Positions 26,033-35,172 of a stretch of 64,000 bases of DNA are shown in pieces. Positions within the stretch are counted from its first letter, which is position 1. The number at the start of each line of letters is the position of its first letter. The notes beneath the pieces were generated by a model that made no database searches, was not told where the DNA came from, and saw nothing but the letters and a program-made list of their open reading frames with translations. A program made the position numbers and the translations under genes. The stretch is from IMG/VR virus record IMGVR_UViG_3300042398_001156, positions 11,917 to 75,916 of that record; one strand, given 5' to 3'. The stretch comes from a virus.

Positions 26033-27638
26033 CATGGAAGAAAATAAAAAACCAGTTGATCCTATCAAGCAAGCATATGCAAATGTGCTTCAGTTTATTA
26101 CAAACAATTTTTATACAAGTGATGGTAAAGAAATTAAAGTCATCATTAACAATGAAGACACAGATAATATGTACGATGGTAATAAGATTGTCCTAAGTGA
26201 ATCACTTATGGATGCTTACGGTACATTAAATTTACCAAGGTTCCTAATTTATTATCATGAATTAGGACACCATTTGTATTCCAAAGGTTTATTTGTAATG
26301 TTAGAAACATGGCGCAAGATAAATACTGGTCCATTAAAATGGATTGAACACTATCACCATCTAATTAATTGGATTGAAGATTTTTATATCGAAAAGAAAT
26401 TAAAGAAAGATCATAGTTATCTTACTGATGTCATCGACTGTATTCGCAAACTTAAACCAGAGTATGACATCACACAGCTACCGTATGCATTCAATTATTA
26501 TTATGTATACGAAGCCCCGACTCCTACCTTAACTTATGCTGATCAATTAATATTTAAAGGATACATTGATAAGCTCATGTCCTTTAGAGACACAAACAAA
26601 ACCAGATTTGGTATGGGTATACTAACAACACTCAGTATTAAACCAAGTAATGAAACACAATTTGCTACAACAATCATTGAGTTTTATAACTGGTGCATAA
26701 GTAAAAAGATATTTGATAACACAAATAATCCACCACCTCCACCACTTAAAAATCCTAATCAACATATCAATCCTTTAGATAACAAAGGTCAGATACAACA
26801 ATTCTTAGATAAACTTGATAAGCAAATAGGACCTGACAACCATTTAAATAATGGAGGAACAAGTACTGACCACAGTAAAACTGTAGGTGAGTTCGATTTT
26901 TACAAAGAAGAATCGCATATTAAACAACCTACTGATTTAATTAAAGGAGAACTTGTTCAAGAAAAAACTTTGATTAATAAAGAACTATTGGATATGTCAC
27001 AACGTATTCAAACAGACCATCATACATTAGATGGATTGTTTACAGCACAATACAAAGATTCTATTACTATACAACCAAAGGTTAATGTTCTTAACTTCTT
27101 TAATCCACATCGCTTAGCCGATCAGAATTTGTTCTTAGAAAAAGGACATACCTATATGAACGTTGCAATTTATCGCGACATATCTGGTAGTACTGAAGGT
27201 TCTATCCACGAAATCATGAGTGATGTATGTGAACAACTATACAAAGATATACCTGTCGACATCACTTATTATTTATATGCAAGTGGTGACGTCAGTATTA
27301 TCCAAGTACCTTATATCAAATGGTCTGATAGTAATAACACACCAAAACAATATGAAGAAGATCCACTCTATAAACAATTAAGTGGCGGTACAAACAGTGA
27401 CGCAATTGCCGATGTCATTACCCAACAACTATCTGATAAATGGTTAAACATTATCGTAACCGATGGTGATCTAAACTCATTGATGGCTAGACAAAACATT
27501 CACGCTTTGCTAAAGAATGTATTTGTCGTCTCTGTATCCAGTGAACTAGATAACAATTTAAAAGGTATTTCTATCCGAAATAAAAACGATGTAACAAGTA
27601 TTAATAGTATGTTACAGTCAGTTAATTTGTCTGGTTAA
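26016..27638 (+). CDS. Zincin-like (HExxH) + VWA domain protein, MoxR partner (CobT-like architecture); start may be ATG 26034
   Basis: YYHELGH...NWIED; MIDAS DISGS, GGT, IIVTDG. Confidence 0.82.
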   Translation: MTQPINMEENKKPVDPIKQAYANVLQFITNNFYTSDGKEIKVIINNEDTDNMYDGNKIVLSESLMDAYGTLNLPRFLIYYHELGHHLYSKGLFVMLETWRKINTGPLKWIEHYHHLINWIEDFYIEKKLKKDHSYLTDVIDCIRKLKPEYDITQLPYAFNYYYVYEAPTPTLTYADQLIFKGYIDKLMSFRDTNKTRFGMGILTTLSIKPSNETQFATTIIEFYNWCISKKIFDNTNNPPPPPLKNPNQHINPLDNKGQIQQFLDKLDKQIGPDNHLNNGGTSTDHSKTVGEFDFYKEESHIKQPTDLIKGELVQEKTLINKELLDMSQRIQTDHHTLDGLFTAQYKDSITIQPKVNVLNFFNPHRLADQNLFLEKGHTYMNVAIYRDISGSTEGSIHEIMSDVCEQLYKDIPVDITYYLYASGDVSIIQVPYIKWSDSNNTPKQYEEDPLYKQLSGGTNSDAIADVITQQLSDKWLNIIVTDGDLNSLMARQNIHALLKNVFVVSVSSELDNNLKGISIRNKNDVTSINSMLQSVNLSG

Positions 27639-27667
27639 CACCAGAGAAAAGGAGTATAATTATATAG

Positions 27668-28606
27668 ATGAATATCTATCAACTCGTCTTCGGTGTTGAC
27701 TCTGGACAAGTCAACTGTGCCTTTCATGATGACTCCAGACCTAGTGCTGGCATAAGTCATGAAGGGCAATACAACTGTCTAACTTGTGGAGCAAAAGCCC
27801 ACAATGAAATTGGATTTATATCTAAGTACTTTGGCGTCAGTCAAAGATATGCAGCAACAATCCAATCGTCTCTGATCAAAGCAGAAGAGTATAAGTATAA
27901 CAAGAATCCAATTAGTGAAGAACAAAACAACTACCTTAAAGGCATAGGCCTTAGTGATGCAATCATAAAAGATAATTTCTTTATGGCATCCACAGGTAAG
28001 TTAATGTACGAACACAAATGGAATGGAGTTAGAGTAGGTACAACTTGGTTTAACAATCCAGGTTTATCTAATCACAATGCTACTGCTGCTAAGTACAAGT
28101 ATGGTCCAGGTGTATTCTCAGGAATGCTAACACCTTATGATGTTGTTCAAGCTAACAACACAATCATTATTTGTGAAGGCGAAAAGGATATGCTAACAGC
28201 ACGATCCCAAGGTATTACCAATGCAGTTGCTAAGCTTGGTGGTGCTAAGTCTTATATCATCGGAGGTAAAAATCTAGAGAACAAAAATGTTGTCTTGGTT
28301 TATGACTGTGATGAAGCAGGTAGAGCTGGTGCAAAACAAGATGCGCAAATACTTACGGAACGTTTTAAGTGCAAAGTTAAAGTCATTGACTTAGGTTTAG
28401 GCGACGCCGAAGACCTCAATGATTTCTTTGTCAAACATAAAAAGACACCGCAAGATTTGTATAATCTATTTAAGACCACGCCTATTTACATAGCCGAACC
28501 AGAAACGGCGTTATCGAAACTACATAAGCTTGTATCTAAACTCACACCCGATGAGATCGATCAACTCGTAGTTATACTGAAAGAAAAACAAGGAGAAAAA
28601 CAATGA
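27668..28606 (+). CDS. DNA primase (Zn finger + TOPRIM)
   Basis: CAFHDD..PS...CLTC; IIICEGEKD; YDCDEAG; EDLNDF. Confidence 0.88.
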   Translation: MNIYQLVFGVDSGQVNCAFHDDSRPSAGISHEGQYNCLTCGAKAHNEIGFISKYFGVSQRYAATIQSSLIKAEEYKYNKNPISEEQNNYLKGIGLSDAIIKDNFFMASTGKLMYEHKWNGVRVGTTWFNNPGLSNHNATAAKYKYGPGVFSGMLTPYDVVQANNTIIICEGEKDMLTARSQGITNAVAKLGGAKSYIIGGKNLENKNVVLVYDCDEAGRAGAKQDAQILTERFKCKVKVIDLGLGDAEDLNDFFVKHKKTPQDLYNLFKTTPIYIAEPETALSKLHKLVSKLTPDEIDQLVVILKEKQGEKQ

Positions 28607-29055
28607 ACAAACCTTCATTAAAAGACATTCTAATTAAGGACGCAAACACTGCCAAGACCCAAGGTGGTATTGTCAACGAAGTGTTGGCACCTGGAAGTTA
28701 TGTTGCTAAAGTGTTAGGCTTCACCGAAGAAGAAGCTTATCAATTCGTCACTGTTGAAATCAACAAGAAGAAATTTAATTTCTTTTACAACTACCACTTA
28801 CGTGGCACAACTGATTTAGATGGTACGTTAATCAACTGGATCAAAGCGTTAGCTACAATCCCAGTTAAAGATACTACATCACTATTAGAAATTGCTAACA
28901 GTGCAATCGGTTCCAGTTATAAAGTTACTATCTATAACTACGTATCAAAAACTGGTAAGAACGCTGGCAAAACTCAACACGGTATTTCTTTCAAAGATAA
29001 ACCAGTGTTAGAAACCACAACGATTCAAACAGAACAAGTTGAATTACCATTCTAA
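28603..29055 (+). CDS. Putative single-stranded DNA-binding protein
   Basis: LAPGSYVAKV OB-like start; C-terminal ...EQVELPF tail; lies between primase and helicase. Confidence 0.65.
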   Translation: MNKPSLKDILIKDANTAKTQGGIVNEVLAPGSYVAKVLGFTEEEAYQFVTVEINKKKFNFFYNYHLRGTTDLDGTLINWIKALATIPVKDTTSLLEIANSAIGSSYKVTIYNYVSKTGKNAGKTQHGISFKDKPVLETTTIQTEQVELPF

Positions 29056-29064
29056 ATAATACAA

Positions 29065-29090
29065 AACCTTGCGGTGTATAGGTAAACCGC
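29065..29090 (+). promoter_or_regulatory. Predicted H-type pseudoknot in the leader of the helicase gene
   Basis: ACCT/AGGT crossing GCGGT/ACCGC; near-identical copy at 60926-60954 (-). Confidence 0.55.
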
Positions 29091-29114
29091 TTTCTTAAAG
29101 AAAGGAAAGACATT

Positions 29115-30437
29115 ATGAAACACGCCTATCTGTTATATACAGGGTATGGTAAAACTAAAATGTGTTTAGATAAAATAATGGCTGCTCCTACCAAACCAAG
29201 AACGTTACTTATAAGTACAAAAAACGTGATTGAATCTTCATGGATAGGCGAAATAAATAAGTGGTACAAAGATAAAATATCTTACGGATATATTACAGGT
29301 AAACTTAAAGAAGAAGATCGTATACAAGTTGTTAATCAACAGTTCGATATCTTCGGAATGAATACCGAAATGATTGACTGGTACATCAGTCATACCACCG
29401 ATGTTAAACGTAAGTCTTATGGCAAACAAGGTGTTAAATTACACTACGACGAACAACAATTGATTGATCGTTTCGATCTATTAATCATTGACGAAGTAAG
29501 TTTGTTTAAGAACTATCGTTCACAAAGGTTTAAACTTATTAAGAAGTGGGCACATCAAATCAAAAACGTTATGATTCTGTCTGCCACACCAACACCTAAA
29601 AATATAGAAGACATATGGGCACCCATCTATTTACTAGACGGTGGTCAACGCTTAGGATATACCATCACAGAGTTTAGAACTAACTATGCTATACCTGTAC
29701 CATTAATGAATGGGCAGAATCGTTATCAATATTCTATTGAAGCGACCAATCATATTCTAAACCTTATCAAAGATGTATCAACCAGTATACCTGAGCCAGA
29801 CCAACCATTGTTTCCAGAGCCTATTGTCAAGAAACTTATTATTAAACCAGACCCAATCACTGAACAACTGTTAAAACAATTTAAACAAGACTTCATTATC
29901 AAACTTGATAACGGAAATAATCTTATTGCTTTTAGTAAGACTCAGTTGATTAATAAGATTAACCAGATAGCTAGTGGTAATGTGTATAACCAAGATCAAG
30001 TTGTTCATCTTAATGAACTAAAGATCCGAGTATTAATGCAACGCATTAGTACAATTACTACGCCAATATTAATTACATATACATATGTATTTGATAAAGA
30101 ACAATTACTTAAGATACCTGGCACACGATTGTTATCTAACAAAGAAGATTTCGAAGATTGGAATGCCAACAAAATAAAAATTGGTATCCTTAGTCCATTC
30201 AGTGCAGCACACGGACTTAACCTACAGTACAGTGATTGCAAAGATATATTCTGGTTCAGTCCAATATGGGACACAGAAAAATGGATACAAACAAACGCAC
30301 GTATATGTAGACGTGGTCAAACAAGAGAAGTAACTGTCAATGTTTTATTACTTAAAGATAGTTATGACGAATACGCATTTGAATTGTGCCAAGAAAAATT
30401 CAAAGCACAGTATAGTAACTTAGTAAAACTAAGATGA
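29115..30437 (+). CDS. SNF2-family (SF2) helicase
   Basis: TGYGKT, LLIIDEVS, LSATP, SAAHGLNLQ, QTNARICRRGQ. Confidence 0.9.
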   Translation: MKHAYLLYTGYGKTKMCLDKIMAAPTKPRTLLISTKNVIESSWIGEINKWYKDKISYGYITGKLKEEDRIQVVNQQFDIFGMNTEMIDWYISHTTDVKRKSYGKQGVKLHYDEQQLIDRFDLLIIDEVSLFKNYRSQRFKLIKKWAHQIKNVMILSATPTPKNIEDIWAPIYLLDGGQRLGYTITEFRTNYAIPVPLMNGQNRYQYSIEATNHILNLIKDVSTSIPEPDQPLFPEPIVKKLIIKPDPITEQLLKQFKQDFIIKLDNGNNLIAFSKTQLINKINQIASGNVYNQDQVVHLNELKIRVLMQRISTITTPILITYTYVFDKEQLLKIPGTRLLSNKEDFEDWNANKIKIGILSPFSAAHGLNLQYSDCKDIFWFSPIWDTEKWIQTNARICRRGQTREVTVNVLLLKDSYDEYAFELCQEKFKAQYSNLVKLR

Positions 30438-30449
30438 AAGGGGACCTGT

Positions 30450-32438
30450 ATGGTCAAATATCTTATCTATGATACTGAAACCTCAGGTCTCAATATCATT
30501 TCCGACAAGCCGTTTATGTTTCAATATGGATTGGTTGATCACAACTTAGAACTATTAGAAACCAAATGGTTTCACGTGAAAGATACTGCAAGTCGTGATA
30601 TGTTTGTACAACATTTGAATAGTATTCAAACGATTGTCGGACATAACATTAAGTTTGACGTGCACATGGCCATCAATCATGGTATCGATTCAAAGTTATT
30701 TAGTAATAAAAACTTCATTGATACCGCTGTATTAGCCAGACTAGTACTAGACCATGACATTCAAACAGACAAAACATTTTCTGTTGCGTTAAAAACACTA
30801 GGTGTTCGATACTTAGGTATTGATTCTAACCAAGAAGAACGTTCATTGAAAATGGAACTTAGCCGACTTGTGTCTGAACACAAACAAAAGATGAAAGATT
30901 ATTTTACAGCCAATAACTTATGGGATACAAAACAATCTGCTACTAATCAAACCAAAACACTTAACCATATATATAGCGATTGGAATAAAGTATTTCATTT
31001 GTATCCACAATACACAGCAATAAGAAAACAATTCTTACAAGCTAATCCAGAACCAACCTATGAACAATGTTCTAACGTTGTGACTTATGGTCTTACTGAT
31101 ATTAGATTGACCCATGGTTTACTTAAACTATGGTTCCCTAAAGTGGTACAACTTCAACAAGTTGAAACACTTAAACGTATTAGTAATGCAACCTATCCAC
31201 TTGTTGTGATGGAACGTCAAGGTCTTACTGTCGACGTTAAACAAGTACTTAAAGATAGAGCTAAAATCGTAGATGAATTATCTAAGACAAAGATTGTTGA
31301 TACAAGAACGAACACTGAGTTATCCATTGGTCAACACGCTAAGCTTAAAGACTTATACGAATATGAATCCGGTGAACAATTAGAAAGCTCTGATAAAGAA
31401 ACACGTAGTGAGATCGAAGATGTATCTCCAGCTGCTAAAGCAGCAAATTACATAGCTAAATTAGATAAGTATCTTAATACCTATGTTCGTTCTATATTAG
31501 ATAAGCTTACAATATTCAACGGTGAGTACCGTGTCTTTACCCAATACAACTTAGCCGGTACTATTACAGGTCGTTTATCTTCTGACTTCCAACAGTTCCC
31601 TAAAGAACCAATTACATTAGCCGATGGAACAGAAGTTAATATTCGTAGTTGGTTTGTAGTCCCAAGCAAAGACAAGTACATGTTCTACTTTGACTACAGT
31701 CAAATGGAACTACGCTTGCAATGTGAATGGACTAACATTGTAAATGGTGAGCCAGACATTAACATGGTCCGCGCTTTTACACCATACAAATGTATACAAC
31801 GAGATGGTAAATACTATCTTGAAGAAGACCAAACTAAAGAGTGGAAGCCCACTGACTTACATGGCTTGACTACAAAGAACGCATTCCCAGGCATCGATGA
31901 AACACATGCTGACTGGAAGAAATACCGACAACTCGGTAAGCGTACGAACTTCGCAGTTAACTATGGCGCTGCTGCACCTAAGATTCAACAAGCATTAAAG
32001 GTAGACTTTCCTACTGCACAAGCATTAGTACAAGGTTATCGTAAAGCTTTTGCTGGTGTTGTCGCCTTTGGTAAGTGGATTAGTAACCGTGTTTATATCA
32101 CGGACAATATCCCTAACCTATTACTGCGTCGATACTTTAGCCGCAACAAACATCAACTACAAAACTGGTTGGTGCAAGGTAGTGGCGCAGACATTCTATT
32201 ACTAAAGCTCAGAGAGATCTATGAGTATATTAAATCTAAACCACACTGGAAGTTTATGATTACAGTGCATGATGAATTAGGATTTGTATGTTCTGATATC
32301 CCTGAAGCCCAGCTTAAAGAAGAAGTAAAATATATACAAAACTTAATGACACATAGCATGACTGCTGTTGATATCATTAGTGATGTAGAATACACCAAGA
32401 CCAAATGGTCAGAAAAGGATGAGTGGCATGGAGTTTAA
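30450..32438 (+). CDS. polA: DNA polymerase, family A, with 3'-5' exonuclease
   Basis: YDTET, GHNIKFD, TGRLSS, DYSQMELR, KRTNFAVNYG, VQGSGAD, VHDEL. Confidence 0.95.
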   Translation: MVKYLIYDTETSGLNIISDKPFMFQYGLVDHNLELLETKWFHVKDTASRDMFVQHLNSIQTIVGHNIKFDVHMAINHGIDSKLFSNKNFIDTAVLARLVLDHDIQTDKTFSVALKTLGVRYLGIDSNQEERSLKMELSRLVSEHKQKMKDYFTANNLWDTKQSATNQTKTLNHIYSDWNKVFHLYPQYTAIRKQFLQANPEPTYEQCSNVVTYGLTDIRLTHGLLKLWFPKVVQLQQVETLKRISNATYPLVVMERQGLTVDVKQVLKDRAKIVDELSKTKIVDTRTNTELSIGQHAKLKDLYEYESGEQLESSDKETRSEIEDVSPAAKAANYIAKLDKYLNTYVRSILDKLTIFNGEYRVFTQYNLAGTITGRLSSDFQQFPKEPITLADGTEVNIRSWFVVPSKDKYMFYFDYSQMELRLQCEWTNIVNGEPDINMVRAFTPYKCIQRDGKYYLEEDQTKEWKPTDLHGLTTKNAFPGIDETHADWKKYRQLGKRTNFAVNYGAAAPKIQQALKVDFPTAQALVQGYRKAFAGVVAFGKWISNRVYITDNIPNLLLRRYFSRNKHQLQNWLVQGSGADILLLKLREIYEYIKSKPHWKFMITVHDELGFVCSDIPEAQLKEEVKYIQNLMTHSMTAVDIISDVEYTKTKWSEKDEWHGV

Positions 32439-33339
32439 TGACAAGACACATAAGTATTCACACGAAGGTATTGAATACATAAGCGTAACCCAGCTTATTA
32501 AAAAGTATGGACTATCCGTAAACTATGAAGGAATACCTGCCGACATATTAGAGAAAGCCGCAGCTAAAGGTAAAGCTATTCACAAACATTTAGAGTTATA
32601 TATTAACGGAGACAAAAGTATGTTAGGAACAATCAATGAAGTTGATATGTTTGACAACTACATCAAGACCCGTGGTATAGAACCTATGACAGTTAAGTCA
32701 GAACAAATTGTTTATGACACAACCTACAAGATTGCCGGTACCGTTGACTTACAATATGTCGATGGACCTGACAATATTATTGCCGACTTTAAAACTACAT
32801 CTAGTCTACACATAGATGCAGTCGCATGGCAACTTAGTATTTATAACTATATGTTATGTAAAGGTGACGTGATGAGTTACTACTTTAATAAACTTAAAGT
32901 ATTCCATTACACTGGAACTAAACTATATGTTAAAGATGTATACCTTGTAGACTTTGATCAAGTCAAAGCTTTATTAGAAACAAACCAACGAGGTGATGCT
33001 ACATTTAATTATGTTAAACCTAACACCGTTGTTGCTGGTTCTGATGAACAATTAATTGGTCAAATACTAAACGAACTTGATACACACAAAGGTGTGATAT
33101 CTAAATTAGAAAGTGAGCTTGATGTGTTGTTAGATAAAGTTAGAGAAAAAATGGCAGCACAAAAAGACTACAGTTTTTATAACGATCAATACACAATTAA
33201 CTATGTACACCCACAAAACCGAAAGACACTCGATGCTACTAAAGTTAAACAACATCTTCTTAATAATGGTCAGAACATAGATGACTTTATGAAAGAAACC
33301 TTAACCAAGGATAGTGTCAAAGCCGTTTTAAGAAAGTAA
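32419..33339 (+). CDS. PD-(D/E)xK (Cas4/RecB-like) exonuclease
   Basis: SVTQLI, GKAIH, IAGTVDL, IADFKT, WQLSIY. Confidence 0.85.
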   Translation: MSGMEFNDKTHKYSHEGIEYISVTQLIKKYGLSVNYEGIPADILEKAAAKGKAIHKHLELYINGDKSMLGTINEVDMFDNYIKTRGIEPMTVKSEQIVYDTTYKIAGTVDLQYVDGPDNIIADFKTTSSLHIDAVAWQLSIYNYMLCKGDVMSYYFNKLKVFHYTGTKLYVKDVYLVDFDQVKALLETNQRGDATFNYVKPNTVVAGSDEQLIGQILNELDTHKGVISKLESELDVLLDKVREKMAAQKDYSFYNDQYTINYVHPQNRKTLDATKVKQHLLNNGQNIDDFMKETLTKDSVKAVLRK

Positions 33340-33345
33340 TAAAAC

Positions 33346-33369
33346 AGGGGGACTAACCCTCCCCCTTTT
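33346..33369 (+). terminator. Stem-loop terminator
   Basis: AGGGGG-actaaccct-CCCCCT-TTT. Confidence 0.55.
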
Positions 33370-33393
33370 ATTAAGGCATAAGGAGGAAAAACA

Positions 33394-34305
33394 ATGCCAA
33401 TAGTTTTGCAGTCAGCCGTCAAAATTCTTAAGCCCATTAAGGTAATGTCTTACGGACCAACCTATAGTGGCAAAACTCTCAGCTCTTTGTATCTAGCTGT
33501 GGGTGCAGTCATGAACATACGTAAATGTACTGAAGCTGAAGCATACAAACACATAGTCTTGATCGACACTGAGTTTGGTCGAGGCGCACTCTACAATAAG
33601 ATTGGTTTATATAACTATCTTAAGATTGATCCGCCATACTTTACTGAAAAGTTAGTGACCATGCTAGCCGAACTCAATACGATGGAACAAGTTGATGTTA
33701 TTATCATCGACTCCATTACCCACTTCTGGGTTAAAGAAGGTGGCATCTTAGATCAAAAAGCAATGAAGGATAAGCTAGGTGGTAACTCATATACTAACTG
33801 GCAAGACTTTACAACTAAGTTCAATAAGATGATTGACTCTATCTTATCTTCACCTAAACATATCTTTGTCACAGCTCGTGCAAAGACAGACACTGCATTA
33901 GTGACTGGTGAAAATGGTAAGGCAACACCAAAGTCTTATGGCTTAAAGCCTGAACTTCGTGACAATGTTGAATACGATTTTGATATTGTATTTAACATCG
34001 ACAAGATTAGCCACAACTTAATCGTTGACAAAGGTATACCTGGTTTAAAACCTGTGTATGAAATGGCTACACCAAAGACAGGTCAAGAAATCTTTGACTT
34101 GTTTACAGCCGATGCTACTTTACCCACACGTAGTAAAGCTGAAATTGCAACAAGTCTTAGACAAATTGCAAAGACCAACGATATGATCCCGTTTGTTCAA
34201 TTAGAACTACGTGGTCGTAAGCTCGAAGACTTAAACGAAGATGAGCTGAAAGCAATCGAAGCTATACTTCTTAATAACATCAAGAAGATGCAAGTTAAAA
34301 ACTAG
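33394..34305 (+). CDS. AAA_24 / Sak4-like recombination ATPase
   Basis: YGPTYSGKT, LIDTE, IIIDSITHFW, RDNVEYDFD. Confidence 0.85.
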   Translation: MPIVLQSAVKILKPIKVMSYGPTYSGKTLSSLYLAVGAVMNIRKCTEAEAYKHIVLIDTEFGRGALYNKIGLYNYLKIDPPYFTEKLVTMLAELNTMEQVDVIIIDSITHFWVKEGGILDQKAMKDKLGGNSYTNWQDFTTKFNKMIDSILSSPKHIFVTARAKTDTALVTGENGKATPKSYGLKPELRDNVEYDFDIVFNIDKISHNLIVDKGIPGLKPVYEMATPKTGQEIFDLFTADATLPTRSKAEIATSLRQIAKTNDMIPFVQLELRGRKLEDLNEDELKAIEAILLNNIKKMQVKN

Positions 34306-34363
34306 GTAAAATTGCGCTGGCATACCGCTTGGTAGTATGCCTTTTAACTTTGAAAGGAGTACA

Positions 34364-34660
34364 GTGAATGTAAAAGAATTTTTATCAGTAATTGATTTAA
34401 CAAATATAAATCAATTTAAAATTAATAATGAAGTGCTTAGTTTAACTTATATCCAAACAGTATTATCACAGTATGATATAGATACTGTAGAAATTAATAC
34501 AAACTTCATGCCGTTAACTACAAAAGATATACATACTATTATACTATCAGACAACATAGATGATGCTGTTCAATATTTAAATACTGAAACACATCTTCCT
34601 AATAGTCCTAGTTATATTAGTATTTCTATCAATATAAAATTAAAAGAAAGGAGAAAATAA
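34364..34660 (+). CDS. Hypothetical protein (GTG start revised from 34337)
   Basis: SD GAAAGGAG before GTG 34364. Confidence 0.55.
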   Translation: MNVKEFLSVIDLTNINQFKINNEVLSLTYIQTVLSQYDIDTVEINTNFMPLTTKDIHTIILSDNIDDAVQYLNTETHLPNSPSYISISINIKLKERRK

Positions 34661-34661
34661 A

Positions 34662-34928
34662 ATGTTTAAATTTGAATACAACGGAGTTATTTATCAAGCA
34701 AAGTCTATTGAAAAACTTCAACAAATTCTACAAAAAGCAGGTTTAAAAATTGATATGGAAACTTTATTACTTAATGAACAACAAGAAATTTTAAATGAAG
34801 TATTAAATGAACAATCAGAAATTGCTAATGAACAATCAGAAATTGCTAATGACGAACTTCAAGATATTATTAACGAAGAATATGCTGAACAATTAGCAGA
34901 TAAAAAAGTTAATAACAAACTAAATTAA
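34662..34928 (+). CDS. Acidic hypothetical protein with NEQSEIA heptad repeats
   Basis: Exact 21-bp tandem duplication at 34806-34847; SD AAAGGAG. Confidence 0.7.
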   Translation: MFKFEYNGVIYQAKSIEKLQQILQKAGLKIDMETLLLNEQQEILNEVLNEQSEIANEQSEIANDELQDIINEEYAEQLADKKVNNKLN

Positions 34929-34958
34929 TGTTATCGTCTAGCCCACGTTACGGGCTTT

Positions 34959-35069
34959 CTAACTAAACTTTTTATTGGGGTAGTCGGGTAAGACAATCTA
35001 TAAACCTTATGGGCTAAAGATTGTAACGTGGGTTCAACTCCCACCTACTCCACCAAAAAGTTTAGTTAG
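34959..35069. repeat. Perfect 15-bp inverted repeat flanking the tmRNA-like RNA
   Basis: CTAACTAAACTTTTT (34959-34973) ... AAAAAGTTTAGTTAG (35055-35069). Confidence 0.85.
34977..35055 (+). ncRNA. 79-nt tmRNA-like tRNA domain (Ala identity) lacking the mRNA-like domain
   Basis: Acceptor GGGGTAG/CTACTCC-A-CCA with G3:U70; stemless D-loop; ACAATCT/AGATTGT helix; AAC linker; T-arm GTGGG-TTCAACT-CCCAC. Confidence 0.75.
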
Positions 35070-35135
35070 GTTAACTTGTTTTGTACCAACAAGTTAATAC
35101 ATCCACCCCCTCTTTCTAAATGGTACTAAATAATA

Positions 35136-35172
35136 CCAAGCATATAAGCTGATTACTTATATGCTGGTTTAT
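35136..35172. terminator. Hairpin at the convergence of the two arms (probable bidirectional terminator)
   Basis: AGCATATAAG-ctgatta-CTTATATGCT with AT-rich flanks, adjacent to the giant-gene stop. Confidence 0.65.

Noticed and set aside
30450-32438. Intein or intron in PolA, TerL or helicases
   Set aside because: Motif spacing and lengths are normal; no splice-junction or homing-endonuclease signatures seen
34977-35055. Canonical tRNA (Ala, or Ile-TAT) or an attP remnant of host ssrA
   Set aside because: There is no D-stem and no 5-bp/7-nt anticodon arm. Both acceptor strands are present and inside a dedicated flanking stem, and no integrase is visible, so it is not a simple att fragment.
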